Positions 9,155 to 23,204 of a stretch of DNA of 64,000 nt are shown one piece after another; the stretch's first letter is position 1, and every line of letters begins with the position of its first letter. The notes under the pieces are model-generated. The model worked only from the letters and a program-made list of their open reading frames with translations, was not told the origin of the DNA and made no database searches. The translations under genes were made by a program, and so were the position numbers. This DNA is from an uncultured bacterium. Lineage in GTDB: Bacteria > Desulfobacterota_D > UBA1144 > Nemesobacterales > UBA2774. The stretch covers positions 672,001-736,000 of the forward strand of contig CAWGRW010000009.1 of assembly GCA_963825135.1 (NCBI GenBank), given 5' to 3'.

Positions 9155-9607
9155 CTAATTCCTGCCGAAAACGTACCCGTAGAAAAAATCCTGCTCCGAT
9201 TCACTCACTATAACCCATTTCCCGTTTTCCTTGGCCAGCAGTATCTTTTCTTTAAGATTGAGCCTGTGTTCGCCCTCGTCGTCCAGAGCGTCCACCTGTG
9301 TCTTCTGAAAAACTTCCGCCTTGCCGCCGTCCATGTAGATGGTCCTGTCCGAATTCGTAATATGAACCGAGTCGAATAATTTCGTATTCACCACGAAATT
9401 CTTTTTTATTTCTTCCACCCCGACGACCTTGCCTTTCTTCTCCTGTTTATAGTCGGGCGCGATCAACGTCATGTAGAGACCGACGTCCCCGGTCTCGAAG
9501 GCATGTTTCCTCGCCGACAACACCTCGTCGATAGCCTTATCCTCGCTATTGCCGCAAGAAACGATCAGGCAGGATAATACAAGAAAGAAAAAGAGCGGAA
9601 TTCTCAT
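9155..9607 (-). CDS. NTF2/SnoaL-like fold lipoprotein
   Basis: Signal peptide with LIVSC lipobox; C-terminal KENGKWVIV typical of the NTF2-like fold; overlaps the bamD stop. Confidence 0.7.
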   Translation of the reverse strand: MRIPLFFFLVLSCLIVSCGNSEDKAIDEVLSARKHAFETGDVGLYMTLIAPDYKQEKKGKVVGVEEIKKNFVVNTKLFDSVHITNSDRTIYMDGGKAEVFQKTQVDALDDEGEHRLNLKEKILLAKENGKWVIVSESEQDFFYGYVFGRN

Positions 9608-10536
9608 CCCTGTTTCGGCTGTCCCTGTTCTTCCTTTTTTTCTTCCTGAGGGGCAGGAGAAGGAGAAGGAACGGGGGCGGGAGAAGCGGAGGGAGCGGGA
9701 GAAGCAGAAGGAGCGGGGGAAGCAGAGGGAGGAGGAGAAGGCGGCGGAGGCGTTTTTCCCTGTATATCGTTCAGAAGGGAGGTCGCTTTCCCGGCATACT
9801 TCTGATTGGGAAACTCCTGAACGAGGCGGTTCAGGGTCTGACGGGCGAGATCGTACTGGTCCGACTTTGCGTATGCCTTGCCTAATAGAAAAAGGGCCTC
9901 TTCGTATCTCTTCGTATCGTTATAGTCGTTTACGACAACCTGATAACGGCCGGCGGCGGCTTTGTAATTATCGCGTCTCGAATAGAAATTGCCTATGTAT
10001 ATCTCTCTCCGGGCGAGCCGGTCCCTGCATCTGATCGCCCTCTCGCGCGCATCGGGCACGAGCGGGGAATCGGGGTATTTCTCGACGAAGGTATTGAACC
10101 ACTGAAGCGCGAGCCTCGTATTGAGCGGGTCTCTGTCGGGGCTCCTGATTTCCTTATAATAAGACAGGGCGAGCCTGTAGGTCGCGTACGGAGCCTCCGC
10201 GTGGCCGGGATGACGCTTCAGGAATTCCTCGTACTCGATCGCCGCCTGATTATAGTCTTCCTTTTCAAAATAGGCGTCGCCGGTCCTGAGCTCGGCGAGC
10301 GCAGCATAGGGGCTGTAAGTGAACCTCAGCTGAATTTCCTTCAAGTAGGCGAAGATCATATCGTAATCCCTGCTCTTGAATATCCACGGAAAACCGCCCT
10401 TGTCTTCGGTCAGCTCCTTCATGGCCGCGTCATAGAGCTGCTCGTCGGAGAGATCCTTCGGTACCTTTTTTGAACCGCAATTTATTACAAACAGCAGGGA
10501 GACGGTGAGAATAAAGATGGCGAGAATTTTAGTCAT
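9604..10536 (-). CDS. bamD: outer membrane protein assembly factor BamD with Pro/Ser-rich tail
   Basis: Lipoprotein signal (INC), TPR repeats, FLKRHPGH, YPDSP, EIYIGNFY. Confidence 0.9.
   Translation of the reverse strand: MTKILAIFILTVSLLFVINCGSKKVPKDLSDEQLYDAAMKELTEDKGGFPWIFKSRDYDMIFAYLKEIQLRFTYSPYAALAELRTGDAYFEKEDYNQAAIEYEEFLKRHPGHAEAPYATYRLALSYYKEIRSPDRDPLNTRLALQWFNTFVEKYPDSPLVPDARERAIRCRDRLARREIYIGNFYSRRDNYKAAAGRYQVVVNDYNDTKRYEEALFLLGKAYAKSDQYDLARQTLNRLVQEFPNQKYAGKATSLLNDIQGKTPPPPSPPPSASPAPSASPAPSASPAPVPSPSPAPQEEKKEEQGQPKQG
9677..9730. repeat. 3 x 18-bp coding tandem repeat (PSASPA units) in the bamD tail
   Basis: gcgggagaagcggaggga / gcgggagaagcagaagga / gcgggggaagcagaggga. Confidence 0.85.
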
Positions 10537-10833
10537 GAAGTCTTATATTATTTAGATAAAAATATCCGTGTCAAGTTTGGCCGCAAATTGACGGAATCTC
10601 GGCTTGAAACAGCGGAGTCGTAATAAGCAGATAAACAACCGATAACAATATACCGGGATTTTAACGGTTTAATAAGGCCGGGAAAATATTAATCTATAAT
10701 AATCAACCCGGCCGGGTCTTTAGGCGAAGGAATCGAGTATTCGGATACCCCCGATTAACGAGTTCAAGAAACACGGACCCATGCGCAACGATTAAGAATA
10801 CAGGAGCCGCCGTATAACTGCGTCAGTTCGATA

Positions 10834-12501
10834 TTACCGAAAGAAGGTGCTCGACGTTGATTTCTTTATCGTCTGAGTCACCCGGTTCGTGATCTTGCAC
10901 GTTGTCGACGTCTCGACCCTGGACTGAAGGTATATGGTCCTTCCTCCGAAGCTGCTCGACAGCGTTTTGCTTATCGCGGCCTTGCCGGTGGAATCCGCCG
11001 TGACGGAGCCTAAAAGGACAGGGCTTTTCAAACCGAGCGATTTCCCCTTGCAGACGCCCGTAGTAATCGACGTTGTTCCCGTAGACGTGGAATAATAGAA
11101 TCTTACGGTCGAGGATTTTCCAGCGCCGGTTACAGTCAATGTATTTTTAACGCTTGCCTTTCCCGGATTAAAACCCGTGAGCGTGCCGCTGCCTGCCGGC
11201 GGGGGCGTTGGGGCCGGAGAAGGGACAGGTGTGGGCGCGGGGGTCGGCGTTGGCGGCGCGCCTGCCGCAGCCAGATCGACCGCGAAATCGGCGTTTACCC
11301 TGCCGCGTCCGAAAAATGTTGAAGACCCTATGTTTTCAGTAGTGTCCCCTATTATCTGATCCACTTCCGCGTTCGTAAGAGTCGGGTCCACCGACCAGAC
11401 GAGCCCCGCGACGCCGCTGACTATCGGCGCCGAAAAAGATGTCCCGGACCAGTAACCGTAAAAGCTGCCCGGGGTGCCGGACGTCCCGACCGCATTATAG
11501 ATACTCACGCCCGGCGCGGCTACGTCCACGAAGCTCCCGTAACTCGAGAAGCTCGCAAGCGCGTCGCCGCTGGTGGTCGCCGATACGGCAATCACGTGAT
11601 TCGCAGCGGCCGGGCACTGGAGATTGCTGTTCCCCGAATTCCCCGCGGAGGCCACGACCAGAACGCCCGCGCTCCATGCCGCATCTATGGCGTCCTGCTC
11701 GGCCTGCGTAACGCCGGACGCCTGGCAATCCCTGCCGAGACTCATGTTTATAACAATTCTCTTCGCAGGATTATCCAAAGCGTAATTACGTATGAACATT
11801 ATCCCCTCTATGGTGTCCGAGAGCGATCCCGAACCGCTGTCGCCGAGCACCTTGACGGGAAGTATGGGACAATTCCAGCATATCCCCGCTACACCGATAC
11901 CGTTGTTCGTCCTGGCGGCGGCGGTACCCGCAACACCGGTACCGTGTCCGTAATTATCGTCGACATTCGTACCGCAGCTGCTTTCCGTAAAAGCGCCTAT
12001 AACGCTGCAGCCCGGAAGCAATTTGCCGGAGATATCCTCGTGGGTCCCTTCCACCCCGGTATCCAGAACGGCGATCACGATATTGGAATCGCCGGTCTCT
12101 GAGTTCCAGGCCTGCGGGGCGTCAATGACGCTTAAGTAATTCTGCAGATTGTAGCTAGGATCGTTGGGGGTTGCATCCGCATACAAAAAATAGTTCTTTT
12201 CGACGTATTCCACGTCGGGATTATTTTCGAGCGCTTGCTGCGCATCCTCAATCGTATCGCCCGGAGCCACCTGTACCACCGACAGCCGGAGATCCGAATA
12301 AGACTTCGTTATGACCGCGCCTCTCGTGCCGAGCAGCGATTCCGCCCTCGATTGCGCGGCGTCGCTTTTCATCTTCACAATGAGCTCGTCCGGTACATAA
12401 TCTTCTTCGGCGCGGGAAATATATGTGACGGATGACGCCAGGAAGAAAAGAAAGAAGTATGCGAAAAACAATCTTGCCGTTAGCTTCTCTAATTTTGCCA
12501 T
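10834..12501 (-). CDS. secreted S8 subtilisin-like (thermitase-type) serine protease with Pro/Thr linker and C-terminal beta domain
   Basis: Signal peptide and propeptide; triad VLDTG, HGTGVAG, GTSFSAP; AGN oxyanion residue. Confidence 0.93.
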   Translation of the reverse strand: MAKLEKLTARLFFAYFFLFFLASSVTYISRAEEDYVPDELIVKMKSDAAQSRAESLLGTRGAVITKSYSDLRLSVVQVAPGDTIEDAQQALENNPDVEYVEKNYFLYADATPNDPSYNLQNYLSVIDAPQAWNSETGDSNIVIAVLDTGVEGTHEDISGKLLPGCSVIGAFTESSCGTNVDDNYGHGTGVAGTAAARTNNGIGVAGICWNCPILPVKVLGDSGSGSLSDTIEGIMFIRNYALDNPAKRIVINMSLGRDCQASGVTQAEQDAIDAAWSAGVLVVASAGNSGNSNLQCPAAANHVIAVSATTSGDALASFSSYGSFVDVAAPGVSIYNAVGTSGTPGSFYGYWSGTSFSAPIVSGVAGLVWSVDPTLTNAEVDQIIGDTTENIGSSTFFGRGRVNADFAVDLAAAGAPPTPTPAPTPVPSPAPTPPPAGSGTLTGFNPGKASVKNTLTVTGAGKSSTVRFYYSTSTGTTSITTGVCKGKSLGLKSPVLLGSVTADSTGKAAISKTLSSSFGGRTIYLQSRVETSTTCKITNRVTQTIKKSTSSTFFR

Positions 12502-12566
12502 TAAGCTGTCCCTCCAGATTTACAGATGCAGGCGAACTATAAGCACTAAACCCCACTCTAAAAAGT

Positions 12567-12582
12567 TGCAATATGCATGCCA
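12567..12582 (-). promoter_or_regulatory. sigma54 (-24/-12) promoter for the subtilase
   Basis: Minus strand TGGCATGCATATTGCA, i.e. GG-N10-GC, 65 nt upstream of the start codon. Confidence 0.72.
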
Positions 12583-12768
12583 CCTGCAAGCCATACAAAT
12601 AATGAATATATAATGATGGTTACGACCAATTAACGGGCTGCCTCGAAACGGCGGCAACTAAAAATTGTCACCATGTGCCGTGATTTGTCACTGTTTTCGT
12701 AACTAATATAAATCTCGAGCTTTATTATACTTGAGTGATGCGTACTCATCGCACCTGCGGCCGGATTA

Positions 12769-13824
12769 TCAATCGAGCTTGATCCTGAGCTCCCCGTTAT
12801 CGACATTTATTCCTTTCAAGAGGGCCTGATTCCGCTCGTAATCGCCCTGCGCGAGCTCTATGACGTATGGGAGTATGGAGTTCGAAAGGGAATTGGTGGA
12901 TGTAACCGAAACCAGGGAAGGCATGTTCGTCACGCAGTAATGCGTGACACCCAGGGTTTTATAAACCGGGGAGTCGTGTGTGGTCGGGATGCTCGTCTCG
13001 GAGCACCCCCCCTGGTCTATAGCCACGTCCACGAACACGCTGCCCTGCTCCATGCCGGCGATCATCTCTTTCGTTATCACTCGCGGGGCCCTGGCCCCGG
13101 TCACGAGCACAGCGCCTACTGCTAGATCGGCAGCGCTCAGCTCCTCCGCGATGACCTCCGGGTATGAGGGGAGCGTTCTGACCCTGCCTTCGAAATGCTC
13201 ATAGTAGAACTCGAGCTTCTGATGCTTGTTGTCTATGACCGTCACCTCCGCGCCGAGACCGAGTGCCGAGAGGACGGCGTTAAGCCCTACCGTCCCGCCG
13301 CCTATCACCGTGACCCTGCCGTTCCTCACCCCGGCCGCGCCCGAGAGCAGGACCCCCTTCCCTCCCTTCGACTTCTGGAGGAAATGTACGCCCACCTGGA
13401 CCGAGAGCCTGCCTGCTATCTTGCTCATGGGGACCAGAAGCGGCAGCGAGCCGTCGGGGAGCTCCACGGTCTCGAAGGCTATCGCCCTGCAGCCGCTCTT
13501 CTTCAAGGCCTGGACGAGCTTGTTGTCGGCCGCGAGATGAAGATAGCAAAAGATCGTGTGATGCTTTTTGATTAACGGGTATTCGGCGGGGAGGGGTTCT
13601 TTTACCTTGACTATGAGGGTCGATTTTTTAAATAGCTCTTCTTCAGTGGCAGCGATACGCGCGCCCGCCTTTTTATATTCGCCGTCCGGTATTCCGGTCC
13701 CCGCGCCCGCTTCTTTTTCTACGAAGACCCTGTGCCCGCGCTCGACGAGAACGCGGACTGCCTGCGGGGTGAGAGCGACCCTGTATTCCTGAATCTTTCT
13801 CTCTTTCGGGATGCCGATGACCAT
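12769..13824 (-). CDS. ald: alanine dehydrogenase
   Basis: IGIPKE..EYRVALTP, KVKEP, YLHLAA, GGGTVG, DVAIDQGGC.ETS, HYCVTNMP. Confidence 0.96.
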   Translation of the reverse strand: MVIGIPKERKIQEYRVALTPQAVRVLVERGHRVFVEKEAGAGTGIPDGEYKKAGARIAATEEELFKKSTLIVKVKEPLPAEYPLIKKHHTIFCYLHLAADNKLVQALKKSGCRAIAFETVELPDGSLPLLVPMSKIAGRLSVQVGVHFLQKSKGGKGVLLSGAAGVRNGRVTVIGGGTVGLNAVLSALGLGAEVTVIDNKHQKLEFYYEHFEGRVRTLPSYPEVIAEELSAADLAVGAVLVTGARAPRVITKEMIAGMEQGSVFVDVAIDQGGCSETSIPTTHDSPVYKTLGVTHYCVTNMPSLVSVTSTNSLSNSILPYVIELAQGDYERNQALLKGINVDNGELRIKLD

Positions 13825-13923
13825 GTGAGACTAGAGAATAGCACCGGGATCGGGATAAGGGAAGACAGTCAAACGATTCATAATGGAATCAAAACGCACA
13901 GATAATTATTTTTCAAAAAAAAC

Positions 13924-14193
13924 TTAAGACAAATGATTTTTGAGCCAGGATTTGCAGGGGATGGGAAGGTTGAGGCTTTCCCATTCGCGGGAGGGTTTTA
14001 GTATCAGGAGGGAATCGTCGGAGTCTATCTTGTCCTTGAGTATCTCGTGCACCTCCGTTATGGAGAGCCCCGTGTTGACGAGCCAGATCGACCGGAGGCA
14101 GTGAATACACCCCCCCAGGGACTCGATCGCCTCGTGAATCTTCTGATAGTCCTTGTCGTGATGGAGCTCATAAGTAATAAGATATACGGACAT
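13924..14193 (-). CDS. small Cas2/VapD-like ferredoxin-fold protein (stand-alone)
   Basis: MSVYLITYEL...DY..I..AI..LG...H.L.S.W pattern, D.DD.LL; GAGGGGG SD. Family assignment from memory of the pattern. Confidence 0.6.
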   Translation of the reverse strand: MSVYLITYELHHDKDYQKIHEAIESLGGCIHCLRSIWLVNTGLSITEVHEILKDKIDSDDSLLILKPSREWESLNLPIPCKSWLKNHLS

Positions 14194-14374
14194 AGGGACA
14201 CCCCCTCTCGAAGATAAAATAATCCATGTAAAGAGATTACAGGAATTATTTATGTTAGGGAATATCCGGACGCATTATGAGCCGGACGTCTGAAGATGCA
14301 AACAAAGAAGATCTTCGACAATTACATATTGTGCTGAGTTCTTGCGTGAAATTAGCGGTAACTTTCAAAACCCC

Positions 14375-17394
<3,020 letters not shown>

Positions 17395-17499
17395 AAGGTA
17401 TGAAAATCACCGCATAATTAAGCACGCTCGATTTACTCAGCACAATATGAAATTGTCAAAGATCCATGCAAATAAACATTTGCTTTGTTTGCAATGTTT

Positions 17500-17573
17500 T
17501 GGAGGTGAGCGGGATCGAACCGCCGACCTCCTGCTTGCAAGGCAGGCGCTCTCCCAAGCTGAGCTACACCCCC
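17500..17573 (-). tRNA. tRNA-Ala(TGC), CCA not encoded
   Basis: GGGGGTGTAGCTCAGCTTGGGAGAGCGCCTGCCT-TGC-AAGCAGGAGGTCGGCGGTTCGATCCCGCTCACCTCCA. Confidence 0.97.
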
Positions 17574-17637
17574 GATCTAACTATCAATCCGAGAAACTCA
17601 ATAAAGTAAGAATCAAGTATTAGATCAACTATATCGG

Positions 17638-17714
<77 letters not shown>

Positions 17715-17818
17715 GTCAGTTAATCCAACAGGCGACTCCACTTTACTCCGAGAAAGCACCAAAATTTAATAGCAGATAAAGCGAGCAAAAGAACGAGAAA
17801 GCAATTTTTCTCCGTGAA

Positions 17819-19379
<1,561 letters not shown>

Positions 19380-19483
19380 TGATCTTATGAAATGATTGCT
19401 TAGCTCTTCTTTGCCCGCTTATCTGCTATTTAATTTTCAAAGATCTGAAATATCTTTTCAGATATTTTGCCAAAGGGACATAT

Positions 19484-19511
19484 AATATAAATGAACAAAA
19501 AAGGATGTCAA
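19484..19511 (-). promoter_or_regulatory. rrn sigma70 promoter
   Basis: Minus strand TTGACA-N16-TATATT; boxA-like GATCTTTGAAAAT at about 19433-19445 and GATCTTTGACAAT in the ITS at about 17451-17464. Confidence 0.7.
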
Positions 19512-19783
19512 GACAATTTGACGATCTTTTTGAAAAACCCTGCAAATCCGAAAACCCGGGGAGAGATTCAGCATCCGAAAATGTTGAATCCACAAGAGCA
19601 CTAAAAGTATCTAACTTGTTAAAACCGGACTCAGACCTTAAGATATAGTATACATATTTCCAGGATAATCAAGTCGGATTTTTACTTATCGGCATTTGCC
19701 CCATTCCGGGTTGAAAGTATTCGTTTTCTGTATTAATTTTATTCCTCGCTCGGAAACGAAAGAAAGAGGACGGTAATAAAAAA

Positions 19784-20935
19784 ATGGGTCTCACAAACGA
19801 ACAGATAAGACGTTATTCAAGACACCTGATAATGCCTGAGGTCGGCGTCGAGGGACAGGAAAAGCTCGTCAACGCGAGGGTATTGTGCGTCGGCGCCGGG
19901 GGGCTCGGCTCGCCGCTCGCCCTTTACCTGGCGGCCGCGGGCGTGGGGCACATGGGGATACTGGACTTCGATGTAGTCGATTTCAGCAACCTGCAGAGGC
20001 AGATAATTCACAGCGAAGAGACCCTCGGGGTGCTGAAGGTCGAATCCGCCAGGGACAGGATCCTCGGGCTTAACTCCGACATCGACGTCAAGACATACAA
20101 CACCATGCTCACGTCCGAAAACGCCATGGACATAATCAAGGATTACGATATAGTGGTCGACGGGACCGACAACTTCGCCACGAGGTACCTCGTGAACGAC
20201 GCCTGCGTGCTGCTCGGAAAGCCGAACGTGTACGGAAGCATATTCCGCTTCGAGGGCCAGGTCAGCGTGTTCGACGCGAAGAGGGGCCCGTGCTACAGGT
20301 GCCTTTACCCGGAGCCCCCGCCCCCGGGGCTCGTGCCCAGCTGCGCGGAGGGGGGCGTGCTCGGAGTCCTGCCGGGCGTAATAGGAACGATGCAGGCGGC
20401 CGAGACCGTAAAGCTGATAATCGGAAAGGGGACTCCTTTGATAGGGAAGCTCCTTTTTATCGACGTGATGGAGATGAAGATAAGGGAGCTTATACTCCGC
20501 AAGGACCCCGACTGCCCGATATGCGGCGAGCACCCGGTAATAAAGGAGCTCATAGACTATCAGGAATTCTGCGGCATAGGGCGAGGGGAAGAGGTCCCGG
20601 GATTCGCCGAGGACGACAGCCTCGAAATCTCCGTCGATGATTTCAACGAGCTGAGGACGAAAAACGGCAAAGCCGTAGTACTCGACGTCAGAGAGCCGCA
20701 CGAATACGAGATATGCAGCCTCGACGGCTCTACCCTCATACCCCTCGGGGAGCTTCCCGAGAGGGTGAACGAGCTCGACACGGCGGACGATATCGTCGTG
20801 TTCTGCCACAGCGGGGGGAGGAGCCTCCAGGCCACGCGGTTCCTGAGAAACATGGGTTTTAAAAAGGTCAGAAACCTGAAAGGCGGCATAGACGCCTGGG
20901 CCGAGAAGTACGACCCGGATATGCCGAGGTATTAG
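19784..20935 (+). CDS. moeB: MoeB/MoeZ adenylyltransferase with C-terminal rhodanese
   Basis: RYSRH, GAGGLG, SNLQRQ, DGTDNF, CYRC, SCAEGGVLG, CPIC; rhodanese CHSGGRS. Confidence 0.95.
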   Translation: MGLTNEQIRRYSRHLIMPEVGVEGQEKLVNARVLCVGAGGLGSPLALYLAAAGVGHMGILDFDVVDFSNLQRQIIHSEETLGVLKVESARDRILGLNSDIDVKTYNTMLTSENAMDIIKDYDIVVDGTDNFATRYLVNDACVLLGKPNVYGSIFRFEGQVSVFDAKRGPCYRCLYPEPPPPGLVPSCAEGGVLGVLPGVIGTMQAAETVKLIIGKGTPLIGKLLFIDVMEMKIRELILRKDPDCPICGEHPVIKELIDYQEFCGIGRGEEVPGFAEDDSLEISVDDFNELRTKNGKAVVLDVREPHEYEICSLDGSTLIPLGELPERVNELDTADDIVVFCHSGGRSLQATRFLRNMGFKKVRNLKGGIDAWAEKYDPDMPRY

Positions 20936-21311
20936 TTCCATTTTCGTCCCTAAAAACCGGGCTTCACACAAACCATGCTCACCGACGGCAATTCGCTTTC
21001 GGCCCTTATATACCGCCGGCGGCGAATTGCCGGTAGTCATGCAGTCGCGCATCCCGGGATACCCGGGGTGATGTTCGCGGATTTCACCTCCGTTTAAATT
21101 CCTCTATTCCCCGTTAGTCCACAACGAGTTTCATCGATTTCAAAATCCCTCCCCGAACGGTCGGGCGGCGAATCTAAAACCGGTAGAGGCACTGCGACCG
21201 CTCGTCAGGGTGTAAACTTACAAGCCGGGGATGTGTTCTATAAATCATTTGACAACAATTTATCCCATGTGAGAAAATAGGACTGCTGGTACAAAGAGCG
21301 GGAGGAATGGA

Positions 21312-23144
21312 ATGGGAGATGAAAAGTGTTTAAAAGAGACCGGAACAGGATCGTCCGGTCAAAACAGATCCGGCATGAATACCGGGCCCGGGGAAACGGG
21401 ACGGGATAGAGATGCGGACTCGCCCGCCGCCGGATTCGGCAGAAGGGAATTTATAAAAAATGTGGGCAGGATTACCGCCGCGGGGATCGCTGTGAGCGGC
21501 ATCGGGTTGACGCCGCTCCTTGAGGGATGCAACGATACCGCGGACGGGCAGGAGTTTGATTGCGAGATCGGCCCCCAGACAGGCCCGGCGCGTGCGGACA
21601 GCGCATTTCAGGTCAGGGTCAATGCCGCCCGGTCCGAGAGGAACACAGGTGTTCCCGATCACCCCTGTAACGGGGACGAATCGATATACCCGAATAAAAT
21701 CGGCAATTACTCGAAGGGGCTCCCGCACAGCTCCATAGGCGAGGTCGACCTCGACGCTTACGAAGCCCTTATAGCGGCGATCACGACCGGGAAGTTCGAG
21801 GACTTCGAGCTTCTATCGATAAACGGTCACCTCGGATGTCCCGACCCGGCCCGCCGGCGGAGACTGGTTAACCCGCAGGCCGGATACGCTTTCGATCTCG
21901 AAGGGACCGATTCGCACCAGCTTTCGATGCGCGCGGCGCCGGCATTCGACAGCGCCGAGGAAGCGGCGGAGATGGCTGAGCTTTACTGGATGGCGCTCCT
22001 GCGCGACGTAAATTTCCTGAACTTTAACAGCAACCCGCTGGCCCTGGCGGCGGCTGACGATTTATCCGGTTTCTCCGACTTCCGCGGCCCGAAGGATAGC
22101 GGCGTAGTCACGGCCGGCACGCTTTTCAGGGACACATATCCCGGATGCACGGACGGCCCTTATATCTCGCAATTCCTCCTCAAGGACTGCCCCTTCGGGT
22201 CCCAGTTCGTGGACCAGCGTATCCAGACCACGACGGCCGTGGACTTCCTGACCGATTTCGACGCATGGCTCGACGTGCAGAACGGCTGCCAGCCCCTTTC
22301 GGGACAGACGCCGGGCGGTCTCGTCTTTTGCAGGAACGGGAGGGACCTTTCCCAGTACGTCCATATCGACGCCCTCTATCAGGCGTACTTCGTCGCATGC
22401 CTTATCCTGCTCTCAAACGGCGTACCCCTGAACATCGGCAACCCCTACGGGCAAACCCCGGACCCCGGCTCCGGCCGTCCGCTCCCCCCGGGCGTGCCGG
22501 GCGCGCTCGCCCAGGTCGGATTCGGGACGTTCGGCGTGCCGCACATACTCGCGCTTCTGACCGAGGTCTCGGCGCGCGCCTTAAAAGCGGTCTGGTACCA
22601 GAAGTGGCTTGTGCACCGCCGCCTGAGGCCGGAGGAATTCGGAGGGCACGTCGAGGTAATGCGCCTCGGCCTCGCGGATTATCCGGTAAACGGGGAGCTA
22701 TTCGATTCATCCGTGCTGGGCGCGGTGTCGGACAGAACGGGCAACTATTTACTGCCCGTCGCGTTCCCCGAAGGGTCCCCCATGCATACATCGTACGGCT
22801 CGGGACACTCCACGGTGGCCGGCGCCTGCGTTACCATACTGAAGGCATGGTTCGACGAATCGGCCGTTATTCAAGGCCCTCTTGTCCCGAGCGCGGACGG
22901 GACAACGCTAGTCCCGTATGAAGGGCCGCCCCTCACGGTAGGCGGAGAGCTCAACAAGCTCGCATCGAACATATCACAGGGACGAAATATTGCGGGGGTT
23001 CACTGGCGTACGGACGCAACGGAGGCGAATTTGCTCGGGGAGGCCGTAGCCATAAGCATATTGAGAGACCAGAGAGCGCTCTACAGCGAGCCCTTCGGAG
23101 GCTTTACGTTTACAAAGTTCGACGGCACGACCGTGACCGTGTGA
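21312..23144 (+). CDS. vanadium-dependent haloperoxidase (bromoperoxidase-like), Tat-exported
   Basis: GRREFIK twin-arginine motif; vanadate motifs KAVWYQKW..HRRLRPE, HTSYGSGHS and RNIAGVHWRTD. Confidence 0.9.
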   Translation: MGDEKCLKETGTGSSGQNRSGMNTGPGETGRDRDADSPAAGFGRREFIKNVGRITAAGIAVSGIGLTPLLEGCNDTADGQEFDCEIGPQTGPARADSAFQVRVNAARSERNTGVPDHPCNGDESIYPNKIGNYSKGLPHSSIGEVDLDAYEALIAAITTGKFEDFELLSINGHLGCPDPARRRRLVNPQAGYAFDLEGTDSHQLSMRAAPAFDSAEEAAEMAELYWMALLRDVNFLNFNSNPLALAAADDLSGFSDFRGPKDSGVVTAGTLFRDTYPGCTDGPYISQFLLKDCPFGSQFVDQRIQTTTAVDFLTDFDAWLDVQNGCQPLSGQTPGGLVFCRNGRDLSQYVHIDALYQAYFVACLILLSNGVPLNIGNPYGQTPDPGSGRPLPPGVPGALAQVGFGTFGVPHILALLTEVSARALKAVWYQKWLVHRRLRPEEFGGHVEVMRLGLADYPVNGELFDSSVLGAVSDRTGNYLLPVAFPEGSPMHTSYGSGHSTVAGACVTILKAWFDESAVIQGPLVPSADGTTLVPYEGPPLTVGGELNKLASNISQGRNIAGVHWRTDATEANLLGEAVAISILRDQRALYSEPFGGFTFTKFDGTTVTV

Positions 23145-23204
23145 GACGCGATGAAGACCTGGCCGTTAACCGGAGCGCCCCGCCTATGGCGGCCCGGACG
23201 CGGA

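Noticed and set aside
13924..14193. CRISPR-Cas locus suggested by the Cas2-like gene
   Set aside because: No repeat-spacer array and no cas1 or effector genes were seen anywhere in the window.
20985..21032. Inverted repeat CGGCAATTCGC...GCGAATTGCCG after moeB as a MITE or REP element
   Set aside because: Only one copy was seen and no target duplication; more simply a 3' hairpin of the moeB transcript.
19817..21052. Long antisense ORFs (for example 19817-21052, 174-926, 6438-7313, 44632-45783, 47019-48023, 56620-57582)
   Set aside because: They shadow well-conserved genes on the opposite strand, as expected in GC-rich coding DNA, and show no protein motifs.
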